This document shows, one piece after another, positions 35,883 through 45,755 of a stretch of DNA of 64,000 nucleotides (the first letter of the stretch is position 1; every line of letters starts with the position of its first letter). Origin of the DNA: an uncultured Christensenella sp. GTDB taxonomy: Bacteria > Bacillota > Clostridia > Christensenellales > UBA1242. A program made the position numbers and the translations under genes. Where the stretch lies: positions 12,881-76,880 of the forward strand of contig CASDOR010000021.1 in the NCBI GenBank assembly GCA_949282135.1, read 5' to 3'. Under the pieces are notes generated by a model that saw only the letters and a list, made by a program, of their open reading frames with translations, made no database searches and was not told the origin of the DNA.

Positions 35883-37778
35883 TTAACCCAACCTTATTTT
35901 TTTATTTTTTCTTCTAAGAAACACTCCAGAAAATGCCGGTATTTTAATTGTCAATTTATAGTCTTTACCTTTATATTTTGTCTTTTGTGCTTTAACTATA
36001 CCATTTAAAATGTTTTTTCCACCATAATCTATGCTATCACTATTAAACACTTCTTCATACTCTTTTCCATCAACACCAAAACTATAATTTAACTGGTCAT
36101 TTGGTGAAAAGTTAACTGCAAAAACAAGTTCTCCTCCGCCTTTATCTTTTCTACTAAAGACCAAAACATTTTGGTTATTGTCGTCTGCCACCAGCCATTC
36201 AAATCCATCCCAGGAAAAGTCAACCTCATAAAGTTCTTTACTATCTAAATAAAACAAATTTAATGCTCTTATAAACTTATGCATATTATTATGTGTCTCA
36301 AAATCTAGCAAACAAAAATCTATTCCAGCCATATAGTCCCACTCTTTAAACTGAGCAAATTCTGTACCCATAAACATTAATTTTTTACCAGGATGAGCAA
36401 ACATATATGCTAAATATGCTCTCATGGCTTTAAATTTATCATAGTAATCTCCAAACATTTTGTTAAGTATTGAAGACTTACCATGCACAACCTCATCATG
36501 AGAAAGAGGTAGAATAAAGTTTTCACTAAACGCATAAAACATAGAAAAAGTCAGCTTGTTGTGAATAGATTTTCTAAAGAAAGAATCGGTTTTCATATAT
36601 TCAAGAGAATCATTCATCCACCCTATATTCCATTTAAAATTAAAACCAAGTCCTCCTACGTCTGTAGGTTTTGTAACAAGTGGCCATGCGGTACTTTCTT
36701 CGGCAATCATAAGAACATTTGGAAATTCGTTAAAGATAGCCGAGTTAAGTTTCCTTAAAAATTCAATTGCCTCTAAGTTCTTATTGTCGCCATTTTGATT
36801 AGGAATCCATTCGTTTGGTTTTTTGTCATAATCAAGATACAACATTGATGCTACTGCATCGACTCTAAGTCCGTCAACGTGATATTTTTTTATAAAAAAC
36901 ATTGCACTAGAAATTAAAAAGCACTCAACTTCATTTCTACCATAGTCAAATCTTCTAGTACCCCATGTTTTATGCTCTTTTCTGTCCCAACCTTGATTTT
37001 CATATAAACATGTACCATCAAATTCAATAAGTCCATAGTCGTCTTTTGGGAAATGTGCCGGCACCCAGTCAAGTATTACTTGAATTCCATTTTGATGACA
37101 TTTGTCAACAAAATACATAAAATCTTTTGGCTCACCAAAACGAGAAGTAGGTGCAAAGTATCCCGTCACTTGATAACCCCACGAACCATCAAAAGGATAT
37201 TCTGTAATAGGCATTATTTCAATATGAGTATACCCCATCATGCATACATAAGGTATAAGTTCATCTGCCAGCATCTTATAAGTATAATAAGAACAATCCT
37301 CTCTTTTCTTCCACGAATTAAAGTTGACCTCGTAAATGTTCATAGGGCTCTCATAATTATTTTTCTTTGCTCTATAATTTAAAAATTCCTCATCTTTCCA
37401 TTCATACCCTTCAATATCATAAATTATAGAAGCAGTTTTTCCGTTTGTTTCCTGCATAAATCCGTATGGATCTGCTTTAAGTCTCGCATAACCCTTTTTA
37501 TCAGTTATTTCAAACTTATATTTTTGAAAGTTCTTAACATTTTCAACAAAAGTTTCCCACACACCTTCTTTGCTTATTCTCGTCATAGGATTTTTTGTAT
37601 TATCCCAGCTATTAAAATCTCCCACAACACAAACTTTTGTCGCGTTTGGTGCCCAAGTCCTAAAAACATACCCTTTTTTCCTATTTTTAACACAAGGGTG
37701 AGCCCCTAAAAACTCATAGGCACAATAGTATGTTCCTTGATGAAATAGATATAGTTCCTTTTCATTTTTCTTTGCCAT
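35883..37778 (-). CDS. glgB: 1,4-alpha-glucan branching enzyme
   Basis: 631 aa with GH13_9 motifs DWVPAHF, GLRVDAV and EESTAWP. Confidence 0.95.
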   Translation of the reverse strand: MAKKNEKELYLFHQGTYYCAYEFLGAHPCVKNRKKGYVFRTWAPNATKVCVVGDFNSWDNTKNPMTRISKEGVWETFVENVKNFQKYKFEITDKKGYARLKADPYGFMQETNGKTASIIYDIEGYEWKDEEFLNYRAKKNNYESPMNIYEVNFNSWKKREDCSYYTYKMLADELIPYVCMMGYTHIEIMPITEYPFDGSWGYQVTGYFAPTSRFGEPKDFMYFVDKCHQNGIQVILDWVPAHFPKDDYGLIEFDGTCLYENQGWDRKEHKTWGTRRFDYGRNEVECFLISSAMFFIKKYHVDGLRVDAVASMLYLDYDKKPNEWIPNQNGDNKNLEAIEFLRKLNSAIFNEFPNVLMIAEESTAWPLVTKPTDVGGLGFNFKWNIGWMNDSLEYMKTDSFFRKSIHNKLTFSMFYAFSENFILPLSHDEVVHGKSSILNKMFGDYYDKFKAMRAYLAYMFAHPGKKLMFMGTEFAQFKEWDYMAGIDFCLLDFETHNNMHKFIRALNLFYLDSKELYEVDFSWDGFEWLVADDNNQNVLVFSRKDKGGGELVFAVNFSPNDQLNYSFGVDGKEYEEVFNSDSIDYGGKNILNGIVKAQKTKYKGKDYKLTIKIPAFSGVFLRRKNKKIRLG

Positions 37779-37805
37779 TTAGCTCTCCCCCTTTTACACT
37801 TTTAT

Positions 37806-39263
37806 TTAATTATTCCTAGCATATAGGTCTGACAACTCACAAAACTTACTAAAAAAACTTTCGTCCGGAAAGTTCTTTAATTTCCATTCCCAATTTCCCT
37901 TTGCCTTACCTGGTACATTCATTCTAGCCTCACTTCCAAGTTTTAAAAGGTCTTGCATAGTAAAAATTACTGTGTTTGCACTACTCCTATAAAGATTTAT
38001 AATTGCATTATTAACAACCTCTTCATTCCCTCTTTCAAGAGGCATTTGAAAATATCTCTTAAACCTATTTATTTTATCCCAGCACCCAGTACTGAGAAGT
38101 CCCATTAAAGTATCATTATCATGCGTTCCAATGTAGGCGACACAATTCTTTTCATAATTATGTGGCTTATACATATTGTCACTATCATTATCAAAAGCAA
38201 ACAATAAAACTTTGATACCCGGGGTATAAAATTTGTTTTTAAGTTTTATAACGTCATCTGTCACAATCCCTAAATCTTCTGCAACAATCTCACAAGAAGC
38301 ACTATCAATTATTTTCTTTAGTAACTTCTCTTTAGCCCCATTATACCACTTACCTCTTTTCGCATTTTTATGGTTTGATGGTATCGCATAATATTTGTTA
38401 AAGGCAACAAAATGGTCAAGCCTAACTATATCATAAAGCTTTGATAATCTCTTAAACTTTTTAACAAAATATTCATAATTGTTTTTTTCTAAATAAACAT
38501 AGTCATAAACTGGATATCCCCAAAGTTGCCCATCACTATTAAAATAATCTGGTAGAACTCCTGCTACCAATTTTGGTTTATCATTTTCTAATTTCCAACT
38601 ATTTTTATTTGCCCAAACGTCAGCACTATCAAGCTCTACATAAAAAGGTGCATCCCCAAATATTTTGACACCTTGCTTATTTGCATAAGCTTTTATATCT
38701 TTCCACTTGTGATCAAGCAAGTATTGTATAAGAATAACGTCTTCAATTTCTTTTTTGTAATCCTTTTTAAATTTCTCTAAATAGCTTTTTTGCCTATTTC
38801 TTAGTTTTTCAGGAAACCTATACCAAGGAGACTTATATATGTCTTTAGCCACACAAAACATAGCAAAATCTTCTATCCAATATTTGTTGTCTCGAACAAA
38901 CTTAGTTAAGTCATGTTTATCTCTTTCTTTTTCACACACAAGCTTAATTGCCTTTTGTATTTTACTTGAGTATTCAGATAAATTACTACAATTAGACAAA
39001 TCAAAACTTGATAGTTCACTCTCGGTTAGATACTGGAAAACATCAAGAAAATTTGGATTTATTGCAAAAGAAGAATATGTGCTATATGGCGAATTTTCAA
39101 GTAGAGGTGGAGAAAAAGGCAGTACTTCCCAAACAGAAAAACCACCTATTTTTAGTAGGCCTATAAAATCATAACACTCCTTTGAAAACTTGCCCCATCC
39201 ATTGAGACTAGGCAAAGAAGTAATATGTAATAAAACTCCACTTTTTCGACAATTACCTAACAT
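37806..39263 (-). CDS. malQ: 4-alpha-glucanotransferase (amylomaltase, GH77)
   Basis: Contains RKSGVLLHITSLPS, RLDHF and IGTHDND. The start is set at the ATG at 39261-39263; the ORF track begins at a GTG 4 codons upstream. Confidence 0.9.
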   Translation of the reverse strand: MLGNCRKSGVLLHITSLPSLNGWGKFSKECYDFIGLLKIGGFSVWEVLPFSPPLLENSPYSTYSSFAINPNFLDVFQYLTESELSSFDLSNCSNLSEYSSKIQKAIKLVCEKERDKHDLTKFVRDNKYWIEDFAMFCVAKDIYKSPWYRFPEKLRNRQKSYLEKFKKDYKKEIEDVILIQYLLDHKWKDIKAYANKQGVKIFGDAPFYVELDSADVWANKNSWKLENDKPKLVAGVLPDYFNSDGQLWGYPVYDYVYLEKNNYEYFVKKFKRLSKLYDIVRLDHFVAFNKYYAIPSNHKNAKRGKWYNGAKEKLLKKIIDSASCEIVAEDLGIVTDDVIKLKNKFYTPGIKVLLFAFDNDSDNMYKPHNYEKNCVAYIGTHDNDTLMGLLSTGCWDKINRFKRYFQMPLERGNEEVVNNAIINLYRSSANTVIFTMQDLLKLGSEARMNVPGKAKGNWEWKLKNFPDESFFSKFCELSDLYARNN

Positions 39264-39496
39264 ACTATTAACCACTCTAAAACATTATTTTATTTTCTAA
39301 AACTAGCAACACTTTTTTATTTTAAAAACTTCTCGCTTCAAATTCTAATTAATACTATGTTATCACATTTTAAGACAACTAAACAACAAAATTTACAAAA
39401 TTTTTACATTTTATTTTTTTATTGTCAGGTTCTTTTCTCTTAATTTTATAAAAACTTTATAAGCTAAACAATTCTTTAGACTAACTTAAAAAATAC

Positions 39497-40534
39497 CTAT
39501 TCTATTATTTTGTCCCTTAAACTCTTTATTGTTCTTTTTATTCCGTCCTCTAACTTAATTTTACTAATCCAACCCAATTTTTTTAATTTGTCAGAAATTA
39601 ATACTGCATTTTTTGCCCTAGAATAGCCAACTTTTTCTTCATTTGTTTTATTTACAAATTTGACTTCTACATTTCCCTGTTCTGCAACAAGAGTTGCTAT
39701 TTCTTTTAAAGACAAAATATCTTCATCTTCACTAATATTGTATGCTTCACCCGCTACACCCTCAAACATTATTTTTAACATCCCAGACACTGCGTCTGAT
39801 ACATAAAGGTAAGAATACCTTTGCTCTCCCGAACTTTTTAAAGATATATCTTCATTTTTTACTGCACTCATTAAAAATTGAGATAATGCTTTACTATCTT
39901 CTATCTTCATTGTCGGCCCATATATTCTACAAAATCTTCCAATAAACACCTTTACATTATATTCATGCAAAAAAGATATGCATAGTGTTTCAGAAGCCCG
40001 CTTTGCCTCGTTATAACAAGACCTTATGTCAATAGGATTTACCTCTCCCATATTTTCTTCAACCATTGGTTTTCCACTTGTCCCATATATCTCACTTGAT
40101 GAAGCAAAAAACACCTTTACATTATTTATCTTCTTTGCATATTCTAGTAGGTTAAGTAAACCACAAAAATTTATAGTCATTGTTTCTACTGGATACCTCG
40201 CATAGTTTTGGGCATCAGAATAACTTGCAAGGTGAAAAATATAATCGACTCTTTCTTGAAAAGTAAAAGACTTCGAAAGATCCTGTTCTACAAAGGATAA
40301 TCTATTGTCATTTCTATACTCCAAAAACCTTTCTTGGGCTTTTTCTAAATTTCTTACAACTGCAAAAATTTTAACATTTAAGTCTTTATTTAATAGTAAC
40401 GCGTCAATAAGATAAGAACCAATAAGTCCAGTGGCGCCAGTTATTAACAATACTCTATTATTAAACTCCTTAAGATTTTCTTGACCAACAAATCTTTTTA
40501 AATCTTCAATATAAAGTTTGTTATAAATTTTCAT
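39497..40534 (-). CDS. NAD-dependent epimerase/dehydratase-family SDR (candidate ribulose-5-P reductase partner of TarI)
   Basis: Contains ITGATGLIGSYL and YNEAKRASE (YxxxK). It overlaps the upstream cytidylyltransferase by 14 nt. Confidence 0.75.
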   Translation of the reverse strand: MKIYNKLYIEDLKRFVGQENLKEFNNRVLLITGATGLIGSYLIDALLLNKDLNVKIFAVVRNLEKAQERFLEYRNDNRLSFVEQDLSKSFTFQERVDYIFHLASYSDAQNYARYPVETMTINFCGLLNLLEYAKKINNVKVFFASSSEIYGTSGKPMVEENMGEVNPIDIRSCYNEAKRASETLCISFLHEYNVKVFIGRFCRIYGPTMKIEDSKALSQFLMSAVKNEDISLKSSGEQRYSYLYVSDAVSGMLKIMFEGVAGEAYNISEDEDILSLKEIATLVAEQGNVEVKFVNKTNEEKVGYSRAKNAVLISDKLKKLGWISKIKLEDGIKRTIKSLRDKIIE

Positions 40535-41228
40535 TTACACCACCTATCTTCACCAAACCCTTAAATAAATCAATGTCATCTTTGTATGTAATTTTAAAGT
40601 TTTTCTCGCTGCCTCTAACGAACGAAATATCATAACCAAAGTGCGAAAATAAAGAGCAAAATCCAGTAAATAATTTTACTTCATCTTTTTGTACTTTACT
40701 AAGCAATTCCTCACAAATTTTAAATTTAACAGCATGTGGGGTTTGAGTCCTAAAAACATTATCTCTGTTTAATTCTTTTTGCTTGCCATTTATAATTTCA
40801 TAAACAACTTCATTTGTAGGAAGATAAGAAACTGCAAAATTATCTCGTTTTGCAACATTTATACATTCGTCAATTATTTCATAATTAGTACAAGGTCTAT
40901 TACCATCATGTACTATTAAGATGTCATTATCATTAAAGTCTGATTTAATGCTGTCAAAAGCTTTCTTAATAGACAAAAAGTTTGTCTCTCCACCTTCTAC
41001 TATCTTATACAATTTAGTGATGTTATATTGTTTACAATGTGCCAAAAGATATTCTTCCCAACCTTTAAGACAAACTACAACTATTTTATCTATATTGGGA
41101 TGATTTTGAAAATTTAATAATGTGTAGAGAATAATCGGTTTATCATTCACACTTAAAAATTGCTTTGGAATATTTTGATTAGTCCTAGACCCTATTCCAC
41201 CTGCAGTTATTATTGCAACTCTATTCAT
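40521..41228 (-). CDS. IspD/TarI-family cytidylyltransferase
   Basis: Contains AIITAGGIGSRTNQNIPKQFL, the AGGxGxR...PKQ signature. 235 aa. Confidence 0.85.
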   Translation of the reverse strand: MNRVAIITAGGIGSRTNQNIPKQFLSVNDKPIILYTLLNFQNHPNIDKIVVVCLKGWEEYLLAHCKQYNITKLYKIVEGGETNFLSIKKAFDSIKSDFNDNDILIVHDGNRPCTNYEIIDECINVAKRDNFAVSYLPTNEVVYEIINGKQKELNRDNVFRTQTPHAVKFKICEELLSKVQKDEVKLFTGFCSLFSHFGYDISFVRGSEKNFKITYKDDIDLFKGLVKIGGVNENL

Positions 41229-41343
41229 AGTTTTTTTCTCCTTCTAATTTTTAATAATCCTTAAAATCTAAATTAAGACTCTCTATTAAAATAATATAAA
41301 CAAATTTTACGGCAAACAAAACTTTTAAGTAAAATACTTAATT

Positions 41344-42492
41344 TTATTTAGGCTTATTTTCATAATTTTTTAAATACTCATATAATTTTTCAGAGGCATG
41401 TCCTGTTTCTGTAATACCATAATCTTTATAAACTTTTTTAATTATCTTTTCATAGTCATATTTTTCTAAATTTTTAAGCTCACTAAGTAATTCATCTTCA
41501 TTTTTGCAAAACTTGAACGGAAACTTATCAAAATCAATCCATAAATCTCTATCAGTCTGTTGATACTCTTCAAAATAATTTGAAAAGCAAACACATTTTT
41601 TCTTAGCAAACAAACCATCAACTATAATTGAAGAAAAATCTGTCACTATATAATCTGAGGCAAAAACAACTAAATCTCCATCGTCGACCTGTGTTAGATT
41701 TATAGCATTATCAATAGTTAATTTTTGAGTCTCCTCAAGTAAAAAAGGATGAAATCTATAACAAATTACTACTTCTTTATTTAATTCTTCTTTAAAAAAA
41801 TCTATAATTTTTTTATTATCTAACAAATCTCTTTTAATATTATGGTCATTTTTAAAAGTAGGAGCAATCAAAACAATTTCTTTATCAATAGGCAAGCCTA
41901 AGGCCTTTTTTGCATCTATAAAATTGTCTTTAGTTGCGTTAATTAAAGTATCATATCTTGGCGTTCCAAAGTTTAAAAATTCTCCACCACAAAAAAAGTA
42001 TTTTTTATAGTAACTCAATATATCGTCTGACCCCACAGTAAGTGCGTTGATACTTTTACCCTCTTTCTTTGCTTGTTCTAGGTCTTTTTTATTTGCATTC
42101 CATACTGCACCTTCAATTGCCTTCATAGGTATTGGTCCGCCGTGCCAAGTTTGTATGTAAATTTGCCCTTTTTTCTTTTTATATCTTTTGTCTAATCTTT
42201 GATTTGAAATTATGTATTTTGAGGTATAAAAATAGTAAAAATCCTTTATTGTTTTGAATTTTGCTTGCTTAACATCATCTCCTATACACATTTTTTGATT
42301 TAAGCAATAATAGAAATCAAACTCCTCTTTATGGTTATTATACAAAAATTCAAAAAAAGCTTTTGGATTACATGAAAATCTACCATGATTTGATATAAAA
42401 TAAATTCTATTTTTCTTTATCTTAAACAACCTAAAAAACAGTCCAATAAAACAACTAAAGCCTCTTTTAAATTTTAAAAATATTTTCTTCAT
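41344..42492 (-). CDS. CDP-glycerol/ribitol glycerophosphotransferase family (TagB/TagF/TarL-like)
   Basis: Contains the family motifs QTWHGGP, GTPRYD, IAPTFK, YRFHP and VTDFSS. Confidence 0.8.
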   Translation of the reverse strand: MKKIFLKFKRGFSCFIGLFFRLFKIKKNRIYFISNHGRFSCNPKAFFEFLYNNHKEEFDFYYCLNQKMCIGDDVKQAKFKTIKDFYYFYTSKYIISNQRLDKRYKKKKGQIYIQTWHGGPIPMKAIEGAVWNANKKDLEQAKKEGKSINALTVGSDDILSYYKKYFFCGGEFLNFGTPRYDTLINATKDNFIDAKKALGLPIDKEIVLIAPTFKNDHNIKRDLLDNKKIIDFFKEELNKEVVICYRFHPFLLEETQKLTIDNAINLTQVDDGDLVVFASDYIVTDFSSIIVDGLFAKKKCVCFSNYFEEYQQTDRDLWIDFDKFPFKFCKNEDELLSELKNLEKYDYEKIIKKVYKDYGITETGHASEKLYEYLKNYENKPK

Positions 42493-42618
42493 ACTGTCCC
42501 CATGTGTTTTCTTTAGTAAAGCTTTTAATAAACCCTTTAGGACAATTTAACACATAAATGCAATTTTTCAAAATAAATTTAACAATTTGCACAAAAATAA
42601 AAAAAGTCAAAAAAGTAC

Positions 42619-42646
42619 TTAACAAAATTATAAAAGGGACTATAAT
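42619..42646 (+). promoter_or_regulatory. Promoter of hsp20
   Basis: Reads TTAACA, a 16-nt spacer, then TATAAT. Confidence 0.55.
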
Positions 42647-42693
42647 GTGTTTTGCATTTTAGGAAATACTAAAATGTAAGGGAGGTAATTATT

Positions 42694-43152
42694 ATGAAAA
42701 ATGATAAATTTGATTTGGTATCACGAAGAGATGAAGATAGGTTTTTGAGGGATTTTGATCCATTTTTTGATGACTTTTTTGACGCACCTATATTTGACAG
42801 GAGAGAACTCAGAAAGCTTAACAATATGATGAAAACTGATGTTAAGGAAAGAGATAATGAATATGTGATCGACGTAGAACTTCCTGGCATTGATAAAAAA
42901 GATGTAAATCTTGACTTAAGAGATGGTTATCTTGTAATCAACGCACACAGGGAGCACAACGTAAAGGAAGACAATAAAAAAGAAAACTTCATTAGACGTG
43001 AAAGAAGTTATGGAAGTTTTTCAAGGTCATTTTATGTAGGTGACATAAAAGAAAAAGACATTGATGCAAAACTAGAAAATGGCATTTTGCAAATTATAGT
43101 ACCAAAATCACAAAAGCCACTTGATAACTCTTCCAGAATTGAAATTAAATAA
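42694..43152 (+). CDS. Hsp20/alpha-crystallin small heat-shock protein
   Basis: Contains DVKERDNEYVIDVELPGIDKKDV...ENGILQIIVPK, the alpha-crystallin domain pattern. SD GGGAGG. Confidence 0.9.
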   Translation: MKNDKFDLVSRRDEDRFLRDFDPFFDDFFDAPIFDRRELRKLNNMMKTDVKERDNEYVIDVELPGIDKKDVNLDLRDGYLVINAHREHNVKEDNKKENFIRRERSYGSFSRSFYVGDIKEKDIDAKLENGILQIIVPKSQKPLDNSSRIEIK

Positions 43153-43213
43153 TTCTTGATTTAAATAGCAATCAGTTTAAAAATAAATATTTTAAGCTGA
43201 AATAAGATTAAGT

Positions 43214-43252
43214 AAAAAAGCATACTGAACATAATCTTCAGTATGCTTTTTT
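43214..43252. terminator. Bidirectional intrinsic terminator
   Basis: AAAAAA-GCATACTGAA-(7 nt)-TTCAGTATGC-TTTTTT, lying between convergent genes. Confidence 0.8.
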
Positions 43253-43269
43253 CAATTTAAACATTAATT

Positions 43270-44142
43270 TTAACCTACAACAATTTCAACTTGTGCTTCA
43301 ACAGTTATTTTGTTATTTAAAAACTCCCCATCTAAGCCGTCAATATAGCTTTGATATTTAGTATCACAAGAATAAATATATTCCTCTTTTATTCCCTTTA
43401 TAGTGCCTGTTGCCCCTAGAACTTCATCTGCCTTTATTTTTGCACTATTAATTGCTAGATTTAGAACTTCATTATATTTGCTTTCAAAATCATTTAGCTT
43501 AAAGTTGATAGAATTTACTTCTCCGCCATTTTCCATAATACTATTTATTGCATTCATTAAATTTTCTAAGTTGTCAACCTGAACACTAAGAGTTGTACTT
43601 GTCCTTGTACCTGTTAAATCGTTTTTAAAACCCTCACGAGTCAAATAGCAAGAAGAATAAGAATAACTTATCATATCTTTTCCTATTCCAAGTTCCGCTA
43701 ACCCACTTACAATTTTGTTTGTAATCTCTTTGTTTTTATCTCTAGATACTTTTTTGACTAGGTCTAAAGAATTAACCATAAAAGAAACAGTTGCTTTTTC
43801 AGCCTCGTATTCCTTTTTTGCTTTTCCTCTAATTACTACTCTCGCATTTTGCAAATCGCCGACCTTTGTTGTTTCAGTAGCATTAGTATTCTCTATAGTT
43901 TTATCAAGTGTTTCACTTTGAGTAGTAGAATCATTTGCTGAGTTTTCTATAACCTCTGTTTTAGAGCTAGACGCATTATTCTCATTTTTATTATTTTCTA
44001 TTGTTTCAACTGTCGCACTATTTGTTTCTGTCTCCATTTTTGCAAAAACATTTTTTTCAGTAATAGCTCTCCCAAACATTATACTAACACACATAACAAG
44101 CATTAAAAAAACAACTAACACACCTCTTTTTTTATTTTTCAT
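43270..44142 (-). CDS. Secreted SIMPL/DUF541-like protein
   Basis: N-terminal signal/TM helix, then a T/S/N-rich linker, then a C-terminal ~200-aa domain resembling SIMPL. The ATG at 44140-44142 is preceded by GGAGG. Confidence 0.5.
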   Translation of the reverse strand: MKNKKRGVLVVFLMLVMCVSIMFGRAITEKNVFAKMETETNSATVETIENNKNENNASSSKTEVIENSANDSTTQSETLDKTIENTNATETTKVGDLQNARVVIRGKAKKEYEAEKATVSFMVNSLDLVKKVSRDKNKEITNKIVSGLAELGIGKDMISYSYSSCYLTREGFKNDLTGTRTSTTLSVQVDNLENLMNAINSIMENGGEVNSINFKLNDFESKYNEVLNLAINSAKIKADEVLGATGTIKGIKEEYIYSCDTKYQSYIDGLDGEFLNNKITVEAQVEIVVG

Positions 44143-44226
44143 AAAGCTAACCTCCACATATTGTAGAGTGGTAAATTTTGTAAATATTATTTATGGGCGA
44201 CAAATAAAGTTAAAAAAACCTTATTT

Positions 44227-44255
44227 TTGACAAACAGTATATGCTATGCTATAAT
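44227..44255 (+). promoter_or_regulatory. Perfect consensus sigma-A promoter
   Basis: Reads TTGACA, a 17-nt spacer, then TATAAT. Confidence 0.7.
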
Positions 44256-44280
44256 TAAGTAATAGAAGGAGCAATGAATT

Positions 44281-45597
44281 ATGTCTCAAAAATCGCAAGT
44301 GATGTCTGAAAGAATTGTTGACTTAATTAATTATGCGACTCTTACTTCAAAGGAAGAAAAACTAGCTTTAATGCAAAACCATGACGTTTCAAGTGACACT
44401 AAAAAGCAGAACTTTAAAGAAATTGGCGGTTATTCACAATATAAGTTAAAGGCACTTTATAACATTGAGGACAAACAGGACTATTTAAAAGCCATTGATA
44501 AAGAGAAAAAAATTATTGAAAAAATAAATAAATTATATAATGAAGTGACTGTTCCTGATATTGAAGAAGTCTATAACGAATATGCTGCTGCTTGTAAAAA
44601 GAACGAGACACTACAAGGATTTTCTTTGCCTAGTCAAAACAAAAAATATGCCCTATCTGGCACAACAAATTTTACTCCAGTAGACACAAAGAAAATGCAT
44701 AAACAAACTTTTGATATTCTTCTTCCTTGGATAGAAGGTGTCACAAAAAAACTTGAAGTAGATTTACCAAATTTAACTGGTCAAGATAAAATTGCTGCAA
44801 CTAAACTCTATAATCATTTCAAGACCACAAACTACAATATTCAATATAATGAAAACTCTCCTTCGCTTTTTAATCGCACTATTAATTTACTACAAAATAA
44901 TTTTGAGGATATGACCAAAAACTCGCAATATCTTAGGGGATTAAAAATGCCTCTTGTAAGACAAGGCACAGCTTTTACTTTTGTTCAAAACAATGTAAGA
45001 GCGAGTAGGCCAACAGAATTAAGAATTTACTTAAACATAGGTCAAAATGAGAGATTGGAGCTTTTAAACAATTTAAGAGAAGATTGCAAAAAAGATAAGC
45101 TTAACTTTGCAAGTAAATTTCTTATGGATACTTTTTCAAATAAGCCTGGAGTTCAAACTTTACAAAAAGACAACATAATAATATACACTGATTTTGAGGA
45201 CTATGATAAAATAGTTAAAAAACTAGAAAACTTATATTCAACAAGACCCGACTTGTTTAAAAATGCGGGCTATCCACCAAAGCTCACTGCACGACTAAAA
45301 AATGCACCATATATTGGAATAGCCGAGGAACCTCTTACTATGTTAAATGGAAGAAAGGAATCTTTTTCAAGTTTGAGGCAAGAAATTTTTGACGAGTATT
45401 ATAAAAAATACGGTACAAATTTTGATAACAATAAATTTAATGAAATATGTGCACAATATAATGTTTCTACAGATAATTTTGCTTTTTCAACTAATGTTGA
45501 GTTTGCTTGTAAAAATGAACAGTGTGTAAAAAATGAAAAAGACAGGTTAAATAATTTAGAAAAAAGAATAGAAAGAAACTTCGAAAACCAAATGTAA
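44281..45597 (+). CDS. Hypothetical protein; C-terminal half possibly HopA1 / LanKC-N-terminal (phospho-lyase-like) family
   Basis: 438 aa with SD AAGGAG. The pattern LRIYLNI...FASKF...DNIIIYTD...PPKLTARL...IGIAEEP...ESFSSLRQEI recalls that family as I remember it. This has not been verified by any search. Confidence 0.35.
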   Translation: MSQKSQVMSERIVDLINYATLTSKEEKLALMQNHDVSSDTKKQNFKEIGGYSQYKLKALYNIEDKQDYLKAIDKEKKIIEKINKLYNEVTVPDIEEVYNEYAAACKKNETLQGFSLPSQNKKYALSGTTNFTPVDTKKMHKQTFDILLPWIEGVTKKLEVDLPNLTGQDKIAATKLYNHFKTTNYNIQYNENSPSLFNRTINLLQNNFEDMTKNSQYLRGLKMPLVRQGTAFTFVQNNVRASRPTELRIYLNIGQNERLELLNNLREDCKKDKLNFASKFLMDTFSNKPGVQTLQKDNIIIYTDFEDYDKIVKKLENLYSTRPDLFKNAGYPPKLTARLKNAPYIGIAEEPLTMLNGRKESFSSLRQEIFDEYYKKYGTNFDNNKFNEICAQYNVSTDNFAFSTNVEFACKNEQCVKNEKDRLNNLEKRIERNFENQM

Positions 45598-45755
45598 GAT
45601 TTTTGTTGAAGTAAATAATTTTTACTCTCTTATATTTTTTTAATTTTAACGCACTATTTACCACAATTTTAACAAGCAAAACGAAATTTAATAAGAATAT
45701 GAATCCTAATAATAGCTTAGGTTTTCTTAAGAAATTTTTTAACTTACTAAAATCG

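Noticed and set aside
39381-39410. AAATTTACAAAATTTTTACATTTT upstream of malQ, resembling the AATTTTTACAAAA repeats at 11211-11244
   Set aside because: The similarity is limited to a low-complexity A/T run containing TTTACA, which could be -35-like or UP-like sequence. It cannot be distinguished from the AT-rich background without a genome-wide count.
42493-42693. CIRCE (TTAGCACTC-N9-GAGTGCTAA) or another heat-shock operator upstream of hsp20
   Set aside because: No match to CIRCE is present, only a plain sigma-A-like promoter.
42669-42890. 73-aa minus-strand ORF antisense to hsp20
   Set aside because: It is a low-complexity S/L-rich shadow of the hsp20 frame. hsp20 has a clear domain signature, promoter and SD.
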